Source: Candidatus Poribacteria bacterium (lineage in GTDB: Bacteria; Poribacteria; WGA-4E; PCPOR2b). From it: DNA of 64,000 nt. Shown here in pieces: positions 10,767-19,082 of the stretch. Below the pieces are notes generated by a model. It searched no databases, was not told the DNA's origin, and was given only the letters and a program-made list of their open reading frames with translations. Where the stretch lies: the NCBI GenBank assembly GCA_965198175.1, contig OZ240245.1, forward strand, positions 2,912,001 through 2,976,000, read 5' to 3'. Position 1 is the first letter of the stretch. The number at the start of each line of letters is the position of its first letter. The position numbers and the translations under genes are program-made.

Positions 10767-10839
10767 ACCGACAAGGCGTACCATTTTCTATTGAAGGGGA
10801 GACCAACACCTTTGGTAGGGATGGTGCGCCTTTTTTTTT
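10767..10839 (+). ncRNA. candidate small RNA or attenuator: one long hairpin ending in T9
   Basis: AAGGCGTACCATTTTCTATTGAAGG pairs with CCTTTGGTAGGGATGGTGCGCCTT (several G-U pairs), loop GGAGACCAACA, T-run at 10831-10839 directly after the promoter. Confidence 0.5.
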
Positions 10840-10891
10840 CGGTTATAATTCGGCAACGTACCTAACCTGTGAAACCGATTCAGACAAAACG

Positions 10892-11062
10892 TGTGACATT
10901 TTGTGAGGTTTTGTGACAATCAACGCGATCTCCGCAAAACTCGAAAGGCACAAAACCCGCATGACAAGCGAACTAACGCAGGTGTCGCACCTGTCAAATT
11001 TCATATCACTCGCAACCTCACAAAATGTGACATTGTGTGATAATTTGTGATATTCTGTGACA
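10892..11062. repeat. two arrays of TGTGA motifs at exact 10-bp spacing with an inverted repeat
   Basis: TGTGA at 10892/10902/10912 and 11026/11036/11046/11056; 10892-10910 is an 18/19 inverted repeat of 11014-11032. Confidence 0.8.
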
Positions 11063-11130
11063 TCGAGTTGGCAGTAGGCAGCTTACAAACTGAATTTTAA
11101 CTTCAAAAATCACGAAAAAGGAGTGCCATA

Positions 11131-11856
11131 ATGAATAAAAATGGAAACACAAAACCAGCCGCCGCACCAACTGCGGAATCCATGCTGAAAATCACCAAGG
11201 AACAAGAATGGGCAGCGTCGCTACGGCGAAGGAAAGACAGAGAAGAGATTGCTGCCGCAGTCGGCGTATCGCCTGACATCATTGAAGATTGGGAAGAACA
11301 TCCCCGTTATCTTGCGGAGATTGCCCAAATTGACTTGGAAATCAATGCGGACGCCGAAGTAAAACAAGCTGCCGCGCTCGTATTAAGAAATTTCTCCTAT
11401 GCAGATGCCGAAGCCGCGCTCGATTTGGAAGAAGGCACTATCATAAAGTGGGCGCGGGACGCGGGTAGCGCGTTTAATTCACTCCTCGTTCAGATGAAAT
11501 TTCTTGCCAATCCCCCTACGCCATCTGACGATAAATACGACGACTTGGAGGGATTGAGCGACGAGCAAATACAGGCGATTCCCCTTATTTTGGAGGGAAA
11601 AACCGATGCAGAAGTCGCCGAATCAATCGGAAAAACGCGCGAGACCGTCAACCGATGGCGCAACCACGACGACAAGTTCGCGTGCGCATTGGACGATGCA
11701 CGTGATTCATTTATGGAGTCCCAGCGTGTAGCGGTTTCCGCCGGCGCACAAAAGGCGGTCTCTACCCTCGAAGAGCTGCTCGACAGCCAAGACGATAAAG
11801 TCCGGCTGCAAGCCGCAAGCTTACTCCTCAAATCCGCGCCAGCACTCAAAAAATAG
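11131..11856 (+). CDS. protein with three tandem HTH repeats plus C-terminal helices (phBC6A51-type / small-terminase-like HTH)
   Basis: EIAAAVGVSPDIIEDW, DAEAALDLEEGTIIKW, EVAESIGKTRETVNRW; C-terminus AVSTLEELLDSQDDKVRLQAASLLL; RBS AAAGGAG. Confidence 0.7.
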   Translation: MNKNGNTKPAAAPTAESMLKITKEQEWAASLRRRKDREEIAAAVGVSPDIIEDWEEHPRYLAEIAQIDLEINADAEVKQAAALVLRNFSYADAEAALDLEEGTIIKWARDAGSAFNSLLVQMKFLANPPTPSDDKYDDLEGLSDEQIQAIPLILEGKTDAEVAESIGKTRETVNRWRNHDDKFACALDDARDSFMESQRVAVSAGAQKAVSTLEELLDSQDDKVRLQAASLLLKSAPALKK

Positions 11857-11952
11857 AGTCGGACTAAATCGTCCATAGTTTTAGCGCCCCCTGACAACAG
11901 AGGGTTAGATTCCTATGTTCTAAAGAGGTTCTGGGTAGGTTGGGGTGTAAAT

Positions 11953-12203
11953 TGTCTGAATCAGGATTCGCAGGATTATAGGATTTTCAGGATAACAAAT
12001 CTTTACAACGACAATCAATCCTGATTATCCTAAAATCCCGTTAAGCTTGCCAACCCTGTATCTCTAAATTCAGAAAAGATGGGATGATAAATTCGAGCAG
12101 CTCCAGTCGGAATCTGAAAAGGGATTTGTAGCATCAATCGCCTTCAGCATAATGAACTACCAATCCTGTAAATCCTTTAATCCTGCAAATCCTGATTCAG
12201 ACA
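11953..12203. repeat. MITE/REP-like element with long inverted ends built from AGGATT units
   Basis: TGTCTGAATCAGGATTCGCAGGATT... versus ...AATCCTGCAAATCCTGATTCAGACA. Confidence 0.75.
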
Positions 12204-12246
12204 GAATGTGGCGATGATTTTGGAGCAATTTTACTATGAAGCCTAG
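12203..12246 (+). pseudogene. remnant second copy of an hsdM 3' end overlapping the hsdS start
   Basis: 12203-12225 matches hsdM 10679-10701 at 20/23 nt; all three differences are synonymous (NVAMILE). Confidence 0.6.
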
Positions 12247-13429
12247 CCTTTTTAAATCAACTTTGCTTGGTGATGTGCTGAATTTCTTCAATGGTAAATC
12301 CATAAAGACGGGAGGTGACGGCGCATTTCCGGTCTATGGATCAAACGGCTTGATTGGGCAGAGTGATGAATATACACATCAAAACGGGTTGATTATTGGT
12401 CGTGTAGGTGCATATTGTGGAGCAATCAAATACTGCAAGACAAATTTTTGGGCATCAGACAACACAATTGTAGGACAGCCGAAGGATGCTTCGTTTGACA
12501 CCAGGTACTCATACTACTTGCTTAGAGATCTAAACTTAAATCGTTATGCAGGTGGATCTGCACAACCCTTACTAACACAGACAGTTCTCCGACAAGTGCC
12601 AACTTCAATACCCCTGCTTCCAACCCAACGCAAAATCGCCGCAGTCCTCAGCGCCTACGACGACCTTATTGAAAACAACACCCGCCGCATCAATATCCTT
12701 GAAGACATGGCGCAAACAATCTACCGGCAATGGTTCATCGAATTCCGCTTCCCCGGACATGAAAACGTCCCAATGGTCGAGTCAGAGCTAGGCTCAATCC
12801 CGCAGGGGTGGGAAGCTAATTTTTCAGACTATGTGGATTTCAAGGAAGGCCCCGGTTTGCGCCATTGGCAATATCGAGACAGTGGCATACCATTCTTGAA
12901 CATTAGAACCCTTGTAGACAATGACATTGACTTGTCAAAGGTACAATATTTGGAAGAAGATGAGGTGGAAAGAAGGTACTCTCACTTTTTGCTAGAACCC
13001 TTCGATCACGTTGTTTCCAGTTCGGGAACAATAGGGCGAATCGTAACGATACAAAAGAATCATTTACCGTTAATGCTGAATACAAGCATTATCCGCATGC
13101 GAGCCAATACCCAAAGTGTTGGAGTCTGGCAATTAAGGCATTTCCTAAAATCCGATTATTTTCAATATCAAATTCATACTCTGGCAACCGGAACCGCTCA
13201 GAAAAACTATGGTCCATCTCATCTCAAACAAATGAAGATTATCGCGCCAGATTTCCGAATTGGGCGAAACTATGAGGCTATTGTGGCACCTATGGAGGAA
13301 CTAATCGGTCAACTTGTGATGAAAAATCAAAACCTCCGCCAAACCCGGGATCTCCTGCTTCCCAAACTAATCTCGGGCGAGCTAAACGTATCCGAACTTG
13401 ACATTGACTCTAACGGATTACTACCGTGA
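12236..13429 (+). CDS. hsdS: Type I R-M specificity subunit
   Basis: Two TRDs with conserved spacers QRKIAAVLSAYDDLIENN and LRQTRDLLLPKLISGEL. Confidence 0.95.
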   Translation: MKPSLFKSTLLGDVLNFFNGKSIKTGGDGAFPVYGSNGLIGQSDEYTHQNGLIIGRVGAYCGAIKYCKTNFWASDNTIVGQPKDASFDTRYSYYLLRDLNLNRYAGGSAQPLLTQTVLRQVPTSIPLLPTQRKIAAVLSAYDDLIENNTRRINILEDMAQTIYRQWFIEFRFPGHENVPMVESELGSIPQGWEANFSDYVDFKEGPGLRHWQYRDSGIPFLNIRTLVDNDIDLSKVQYLEEDEVERRYSHFLLEPFDHVVSSSGTIGRIVTIQKNHLPLMLNTSIIRMRANTQSVGVWQLRHFLKSDYFQYQIHTLATGTAQKNYGPSHLKQMKIIAPDFRIGRNYEAIVAPMEELIGQLVMKNQNLRQTRDLLLPKLISGELNVSELDIDSNGLLP

Positions 13430-13717
13430 GCAAGTCGGCTTGAAAACTGTGAAAATTTCATAGTAACATTTTTCCAAGAATTCGGCAAACCCGTGCTCCA
13501 CCTACGTTACTAGGCATTTTTGTCTCCTCCCTTTTCTCAGTTTACTATGAAAACTATGAATTCCACCATCAGGGTCGCAAAGCGCTTCACCCGCTACGCC
13601 AAGTTCCCAACATCAAAATAATACCTAGAGCGACGATTATCTTTCGCATAATAACCGATGTTATGCTAAAATATCTTAGTCTAATGACCGCACAGTAGCA
13701 AGGAGAGGTGGCGAACC

Positions 13718-14887
13718 ATGCCTGAAGCGAATGCACTATTAGAGAAGGTCCATATCAAAAACTACCTGAGCTTACGCGACGTTGAACTTCCATTCAAGCC
13801 TTTGACGGTATTGGTCGGCCCCAATGCCAGTGGGAAGTCAAATATCTTGAGTGCCTTGGGCAGTCTCATGGAAAGGATGACTAGTGAAGACCCACCCTCA
13901 GTTGAATTTGTCCAAGATTCACTTTGGGCTGGCGGAGGAAGTCACATCACCTTTCAGTTACAAGCTCAGGCGCGCGAAACCCGATGTGTGTACGACTTGG
14001 CGCTTAAGGCGCACGCTGAAAATCCTCTTATCGATGAAAAGTTACTGGTTAACGATGTTAAGACAATCGCAATTGAGCAAGGAGAGGGCGCCGTTTGGGA
14101 TGAAGATGGCAAGAACCGGACAAGATACAAATCTAATCAACTTGCATTGCGGTCTGCGGGCGACTACGGCGACAAGCCTGCTACAGGCGCCCTGACCGAG
14201 TTTATTAAGGGTTGGAAATTTTATGATATTCAACCAGATTTTATACGAGATCGGCTCACGAGATTCTCGCCCGCAATAAAGGGACTGCGCGAATCTCCAA
14301 AGCTTGACAGATACGGTTTTCGATTATCGGCGTTACTCACGTACTGGCATGAGTACATTCCGGAGGGTTTCCTAAACGTTAGCGAATCTCTTGCTGATAC
14401 TACCAACCTAAAGATAGATCAACGTACAATTGGGGAATACGACCAGTTATGTCTGTTAGAAGGATACAAGGAGCCAATTCCATTGAATAGAGCGTCCGAC
14501 GGTACATTGCGGCTTGTGGCATATTACACGTTGCTCAACGAGCCTGAATTGCCACCGCTAATTGCCATTGAAGAACCGGAGCGAAATCTGCATCCCGGTG
14601 CACTAACCGATATCGCCAACGTTCTGGGGAAGCTCTCCGAACGAACCCAAGTGATAATCACAACGCACAGTTCTCAACTTCTCGATGCCTTCAATCCTGA
14701 GAACTTGTCGGATTCGCTCGGTGTTTTACTCTTACGTAACCGTCCTGGGAGTGGCACGGAAGTCCTCAACATTGAAGAAATCCGCGAAGACCGAGCCGCA
14801 CTGGACGGTTGGATTGCAGATTTCGGAATCGGCAGCGCCGTTTTTGAGAGCGAACTCCTACAAGACCTGATGGAGGAGACTGCGTGA
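13718..14887 (+). CDS. ABC-type (AAA_21-like) ATPase, defence-associated
   Basis: Walker A GPNASGKS, signature ASDGT, Walker B IAIEEPE, H-loop ITTHS; no TM segments. Confidence 0.85.
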   Translation: MPEANALLEKVHIKNYLSLRDVELPFKPLTVLVGPNASGKSNILSALGSLMERMTSEDPPSVEFVQDSLWAGGGSHITFQLQAQARETRCVYDLALKAHAENPLIDEKLLVNDVKTIAIEQGEGAVWDEDGKNRTRYKSNQLALRSAGDYGDKPATGALTEFIKGWKFYDIQPDFIRDRLTRFSPAIKGLRESPKLDRYGFRLSALLTYWHEYIPEGFLNVSESLADTTNLKIDQRTIGEYDQLCLLEGYKEPIPLNRASDGTLRLVAYYTLLNEPELPPLIAIEEPERNLHPGALTDIANVLGKLSERTQVIITTHSSQLLDAFNPENLSDSLGVLLLRNRPGSGTEVLNIEEIREDRAALDGWIADFGIGSAVFESELLQDLMEETA

Positions 14888-15597
14888 CCACCGTAAGAAT
14901 CTGGACATTGGAATCCGAAAATGATGCCAGAGCCGTTCGAAGCTTAGCGGAAAAGCTACTTTCACATCTACGACTATCCAATATTTCAATCCGAACAGCT
15001 TGGAAACGTCCCACAAACCGAGACGCTCTGATGAAAAAGACACAACATTACCTCATGCAGGATGACTGTGTTATCTTCGTCATTGACAGAGATGGCCCAA
15101 TGTCCGCCTATCAACGGCACAAAGAACCAAATTCGCTTATTAACCAAATTAAATGGGTCCACAAGGAAATTAGCATTACTGACAAAGTATTTTTTGCTCC
15201 CGCTGTGGAGGAGTTGGAAGCTTGGTTGCTAATCGATTGTCTTGGGATTTTCTGTTATTTCGCTAACAAACATGGACAATACAAGGAAATTTGCCGCGAA
15301 AATGTGACAGATAACCAATCTTTCCAGCAATTAGTCAAGCGCTATCAAAAAATTAATACAGAGAAAATCGTCGACACGCGAACCGGCAACAGCGGAGCCA
15401 AGAAACTCTTGACGGAGTTCTCCGAAAAGATACTGATTCGACTCAATCCAAACATAAAGGCTGAAGCAACGCGATATCGTCCAGCGATGTCCCCTAAAAT
15501 TGCCGAACATGTGGTTGTTAACGCACAGACATTGCAGCGCAACAAATCCCTCCGCCATATCGGAGAAGTGCTCGAAAGATTCAAGTTACAGTATTGA
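14884..15597 (+). CDS. DUF4276/RloB/AriB-like TOPRIM-fold partner of the ATPase
   Basis: N-terminal LESEND, VIDRDG (DxD), ELEAWLL; GTGA overlap with the ATPase stop. Confidence 0.65.
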   Translation: MTTVRIWTLESENDARAVRSLAEKLLSHLRLSNISIRTAWKRPTNRDALMKKTQHYLMQDDCVIFVIDRDGPMSAYQRHKEPNSLINQIKWVHKEISITDKVFFAPAVEELEAWLLIDCLGIFCYFANKHGQYKEICRENVTDNQSFQQLVKRYQKINTEKIVDTRTGNSGAKKLLTEFSEKILIRLNPNIKAEATRYRPAMSPKIAEHVVVNAQTLQRNKSLRHIGEVLERFKLQY

Positions 15598-15734
15598 AAG
15601 TCGCCCTCTTTTTAGATTGTAATTACTGTAGTTTTGTCACAAACGATGCCTCAGATAAAAGGCACGACTGAAAGAGGAAACGCGGTAGTAGGGCAATCTT
15701 GTGGCCTGTCCACCTCTCGCTCCCCCTTAGCAAG

Positions 15735-16018
15735 CTAACTATTACCTACATCTCAACGAGAGCGTATCATGCTTTCCTAGAAACAACGATTTATCGCAAA
15801 TACCCACATACCGCTCCTCTGGCGCGGGTGAGTCGTGCACATCTTGGCTATAGACATCGCACTCCGCTGGAGTGCAAGACATTTTACCTATGGGGGCGTA
15901 ATACGGTTAGAAGGGTTTCGCTCCAGCGGAGCGGTATGTTGCTGCGCGTAAATGTTCTGTGGTTAACCTTGTGAGTATCAACGCCGTGCGATTTTCCGGA
16001 CTTGTGGGTAATAGTAAG
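15735..16018. mobile_element. 284-bp non-autonomous MITE with 16-bp TIRs and a 10-bp target duplication
   Basis: TIRs CTAACTATTACCTACA / TGTGGGTAATAGTAAG (14/16); flanking direct repeat CCTTAGCAAG at 15725-15734 and 16019-16028. Confidence 0.8.
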
Positions 16019-16058
16019 CCTTAGCAAGGGGGAGAAATTTTGCAGAACCCTCGAACTC

Positions 16059-16084
16059 GTAGGGGCACCCCTTGTGGGTGCCCT
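16059..16084. repeat. GTAG-type REP hairpin
   Basis: GTAG-GGGCACCC-CTTGT-GGGTGCCC. Confidence 0.65.
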
Positions 16085-16124
16085 CTTAGCTGACTAACAC
16101 TACTCCCAAAAGAAGACACGAGTG

Positions 16125-16349
16125 ATGCAACCCGTACCTCTGCAGAAATGGACGGACCGAATTGTTATAGACGAAGCGATTTTGACTGGAAAGCCTGTTA
16201 TTAAAGGCACGCGTTTAGCTGTCGAATTCATTATTGACCTGTTAGTGCACGGATGGAGTGAAGCTGAGATTCTCGAAAATTACCCTGGTATTGTGATTGA
16301 GGACATTAGGGCATGTCTCGCTTATGCCAACGCTTTAATCAAGGATTAA
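16125..16349 (+). CDS. DUF433 domain protein (putative antitoxin)
   Basis: ILTGKPVIKGTRLAVEFIIDLL...EILENYP...DIRACLAYA. Confidence 0.9.
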   Translation: MQPVPLQKWTDRIVIDEAILTGKPVIKGTRLAVEFIIDLLVHGWSEAEILENYPGIVIEDIRACLAYANALIKD

Positions 16350-16367
16350 GCACATCCATTGCGGAGA

Positions 16368-16427
16368 ATAGATTTCAACAAACAGCGACTCAGAATCACG
16401 AGAGCAATGGAAATGAAAAATGAGTGA
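16368..16427 (+). pseudogene. possible 3' remnant of a RelE/HigB (gp49-like) toxin
   Basis: Frame reads IDFNKQRLRITRAMEMKNE* and overlaps the start of the downstream XRE antitoxin, as in intact higBA-type pairs. Confidence 0.35.
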
Positions 16428-16749
16428 AATCGTCAAATTCAAGCAGAGCTCTGGTAATCTGTTTCAGGACATCGGTTTTTCCGTGGCGGAAGCGGAACGT
16501 GAACTCTTGAAGTCGGATCTCGCTTATGAAATCCACACAATTCTTGAGAAACGAAAACTGACACAGGCAAAAGCAGGAGAAATCCTCGGAATCGATAAGT
16601 CCGATGTGTCCCGACTTAAGAATGGCGATTTTGACTGTTTTAGCGTGGAGCGTCTGTTTACATTTCTGAACCGACTCAACCACAATGTCGAGGTTCGCAT
16701 TACGCCTTCGGGAGATACCGGGGGACGCCAGCGTGTCGTCGCGGTTTAG
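16420..16749 (+). CDS. XRE-family HTH protein (HigA-like antitoxin)
   Basis: SSGNLFQDIGF, LTQAKAGEILGIDKSDVSRL, FSVERLFTFLNRL. Confidence 0.88.
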   Translation: MSEIVKFKQSSGNLFQDIGFSVAEAERELLKSDLAYEIHTILEKRKLTQAKAGEILGIDKSDVSRLKNGDFDCFSVERLFTFLNRLNHNVEVRITPSGDTGGRQRVVAV

Positions 16750-16862
16750 CTGCCTACCCTCTTCCGCTGTGGGAGAGGCATCCTTGCCTCGATAATTCGG
16801 AAAAGAATTCTCCCAATTACATAAGTTGAAAGGATTGTCTGTATTTCTTAGGACCAAAAAGC

Positions 16863-18590
16863 ATGAACCAACCGAGCCAATTACAATTTGGTAACTACGC
16901 CGTAGGGCGTATGTTAACTGCCAGAGAAGTCGATTATCCAGATTCAGATGAGCATCTCATAGGAATCCTGCGGTCATTCAATTACGAAGCAGTTTTGATT
17001 ACCCTAGCAAGAGTAAATCTCCTTCTCCAGCGTACCAACGACCTTATTAATTGCGAGCGTATCCTCCGGCAAAATTTCTGCTCTCGCTTCTTGCGAGGTA
17101 TAATTGAGAGGAGGGGCCTCGCAGGAGATATGATCTTCAACAGAGAGTCCTCTCTTCACCTGTTAAGCAAGTGTGCTACTGTTTCTGACCGGAATTCTTC
17201 TCGTGTTCCAGATACCACAGTCGATGCTATGCACGAACTGCTGAGGTGCTATCTAATCGTTAACGGATATGATGATATGGAGCCTTTTGATTCAAAAACA
17301 AACTCAATGGAAGAAGAACTAAAAGAGTTTTTGGCAGCATCAATTCCGACTATCGAATACGCAATCAATTCTTCGCCCAGACGTCACATCAAGCATACTC
17401 TGGTTCAGTCTAAGGAATTCCTCGTGCGGCTTCAGACAAAAGCCTCGACATTCGACGTGAACGATGCATTCGTTCAGGCGACAGGTTTGACCGTACAGGA
17501 CTACCAAAATCTTGTCTTTAGTGTATACGCAGTTGTTAGGAGTTTCTCTCAAGAGGAAATACTCAACGGCAAGAAGTTTTATTTCGGTACTAAGACATCG
17601 GAAACACTTAAGCCGTTGTATGACAAATTTCTGCAACACACCTGCATTTCAATTGACGAACTTACACACCGTGCTGAAACAATGAGTTCTCTACCACGTG
17701 AGTTTCGCCTGTGGCGGAAGTACCCCCTTGTGAGGCTGAGCGAAAACCGACTTATGTGCATCGACATCGGTTTCCTAGTGGACAAACTTGAAACTGGAGT
17801 TTTTTGGATTATTCGAGATCAACTCGAAAAGGAACAAATCGGCACCGGCGAACAACTGATTGGCTTACGTGGTCAGGTATTCGAGGATTATGCTGCGTCA
17901 ATTATTGAACGCGGAATCAATGCGCAAGCGCCTCCTTGGGCGGAAAGTGTTTTTATTCGTCCAAGATATGTCTCGAGGCAAAGAGAAGAGTGTACCGATA
18001 TTGCAATTTGCGGAAATGATATCCTAATCCTAGTCGAATGCAAAGCACCGCTATTATCTGCCGAAGCAAAGTTCAGCCGCGATCCATCGGCATTCTACAA
18101 CGGAATCAAGCCCAGCGTCATTAAGGGCATAGAGCAACTGCGGGATTCCATTCAGAATTTGGGCCACACTGACAAAAAGAAAAGGCGACAGTTTGACGGG
18201 ATTAATATATCAAAGATTAAAAAGATTTATCCGGTTCTGGTGCTTCCCGACCGCCTTTTCTCGTTTCCAGGAATGAACACGTTCTTGAACGCGGAATTCC
18301 AACGCCTTGTGAGATACAACGTACTAAAAAAGCATTTACATGACCTGTGTTTAACTGTGTTAACGATAACTAATCTTGAAGATTTGGAGCCCTATCTTTG
18401 CGATAAACCCTTCCATGCTCACTTGGAAACATGGCTACAGGAATTTGAAAAGGACGAATTCTTCTCGTTCAGCCAGTATTTATGGTCATTGAGGCAAAAC
18501 GAAGCGCGCGAAAACTCTCACGTAGATAACGAATTTGAGCAGATTATTTCCAACATGGGTGAATATTTCTCCTCACACAATCTCAATTGA
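16863..18590 (+). CDS. 575-aa protein with C-terminal PD-(D/E)XK / NERD-like nuclease domain
   Basis: RGQVFEDY...TDIAICGNDILILVECKA...KGIEQL. Confidence 0.6.
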   Translation: MNQPSQLQFGNYAVGRMLTAREVDYPDSDEHLIGILRSFNYEAVLITLARVNLLLQRTNDLINCERILRQNFCSRFLRGIIERRGLAGDMIFNRESSLHLLSKCATVSDRNSSRVPDTTVDAMHELLRCYLIVNGYDDMEPFDSKTNSMEEELKEFLAASIPTIEYAINSSPRRHIKHTLVQSKEFLVRLQTKASTFDVNDAFVQATGLTVQDYQNLVFSVYAVVRSFSQEEILNGKKFYFGTKTSETLKPLYDKFLQHTCISIDELTHRAETMSSLPREFRLWRKYPLVRLSENRLMCIDIGFLVDKLETGVFWIIRDQLEKEQIGTGEQLIGLRGQVFEDYAASIIERGINAQAPPWAESVFIRPRYVSRQREECTDIAICGNDILILVECKAPLLSAEAKFSRDPSAFYNGIKPSVIKGIEQLRDSIQNLGHTDKKKRRQFDGINISKIKKIYPVLVLPDRLFSFPGMNTFLNAEFQRLVRYNVLKKHLHDLCLTVLTITNLEDLEPYLCDKPFHAHLETWLQEFEKDEFFSFSQYLWSLRQNEARENSHVDNEFEQIISNMGEYFSSHNLN

Positions 18591-18636
18591 TAATGATAAG
18601 TACCGAATCGCAACTTCACTGAAAAGAAAGACATAT

Positions 18637-18981
18637 ATGGATCTCACTCGCCTCTTCGAATTTATCAGCCCCGAATCAATTCGAATTAAAGGCACACGCG
18701 TCGGTATCGAAATTGTTATTGAGAAATTTCTTGACGGCGCAAGTCCGGAGGAAATTAGGAGACACCATCCACATCTTACGCTTAAGCAGATTTATGGAGC
18801 AATTACCTACTACCTGTTCAATAAAGAGATACTTGACGACTATATTGAAACTGAACGCAAGCAGGCTGAAGCCGCCTATCATGAACAGCGAAAAAATCCC
18901 TCGCCGGGCGTCGCGCGGCTCATGAAGCTCAATGCCCAGCGTGAAGCCTCACAATTACAACTCCGTGAAGAAACGGAATGA
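18637..18981 (+). CDS. DUF433 domain protein (putative antitoxin)
   Basis: IRIKGTRVGIEIVI...SPEEIRRHHPHLTLKQIYGAITYY; ATG 18637. Confidence 0.85.
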   Translation: MDLTRLFEFISPESIRIKGTRVGIEIVIEKFLDGASPEEIRRHHPHLTLKQIYGAITYYLFNKEILDDYIETERKQAEAAYHEQRKNPSPGVARLMKLNAQREASQLQLREETE

Positions 18982-19082
18982 GCAGAAGCCGAGATGCCAC
19001 TGGCAGCAGCGAAACATGAGAGATTTCTTGGTCCAATAGCGTAAATCACCTTACCATTGTGTTCGATTTAACGGACTTCAAA

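Noticed and set aside
10714..12203. Intact prophage or satellite
   Set aside because: No integrase, primase, large terminase or structural genes in the window
12236..13429. Phase-variable hsdS shufflon
   Set aside because: Single hsdS; no silent TRD copies, invertase or inverted repeats within hsdS seen
15699..15974. 91-aa ORF
   Set aside because: Lies across the MITE and REP palindromes; no RBS or recognisable motif
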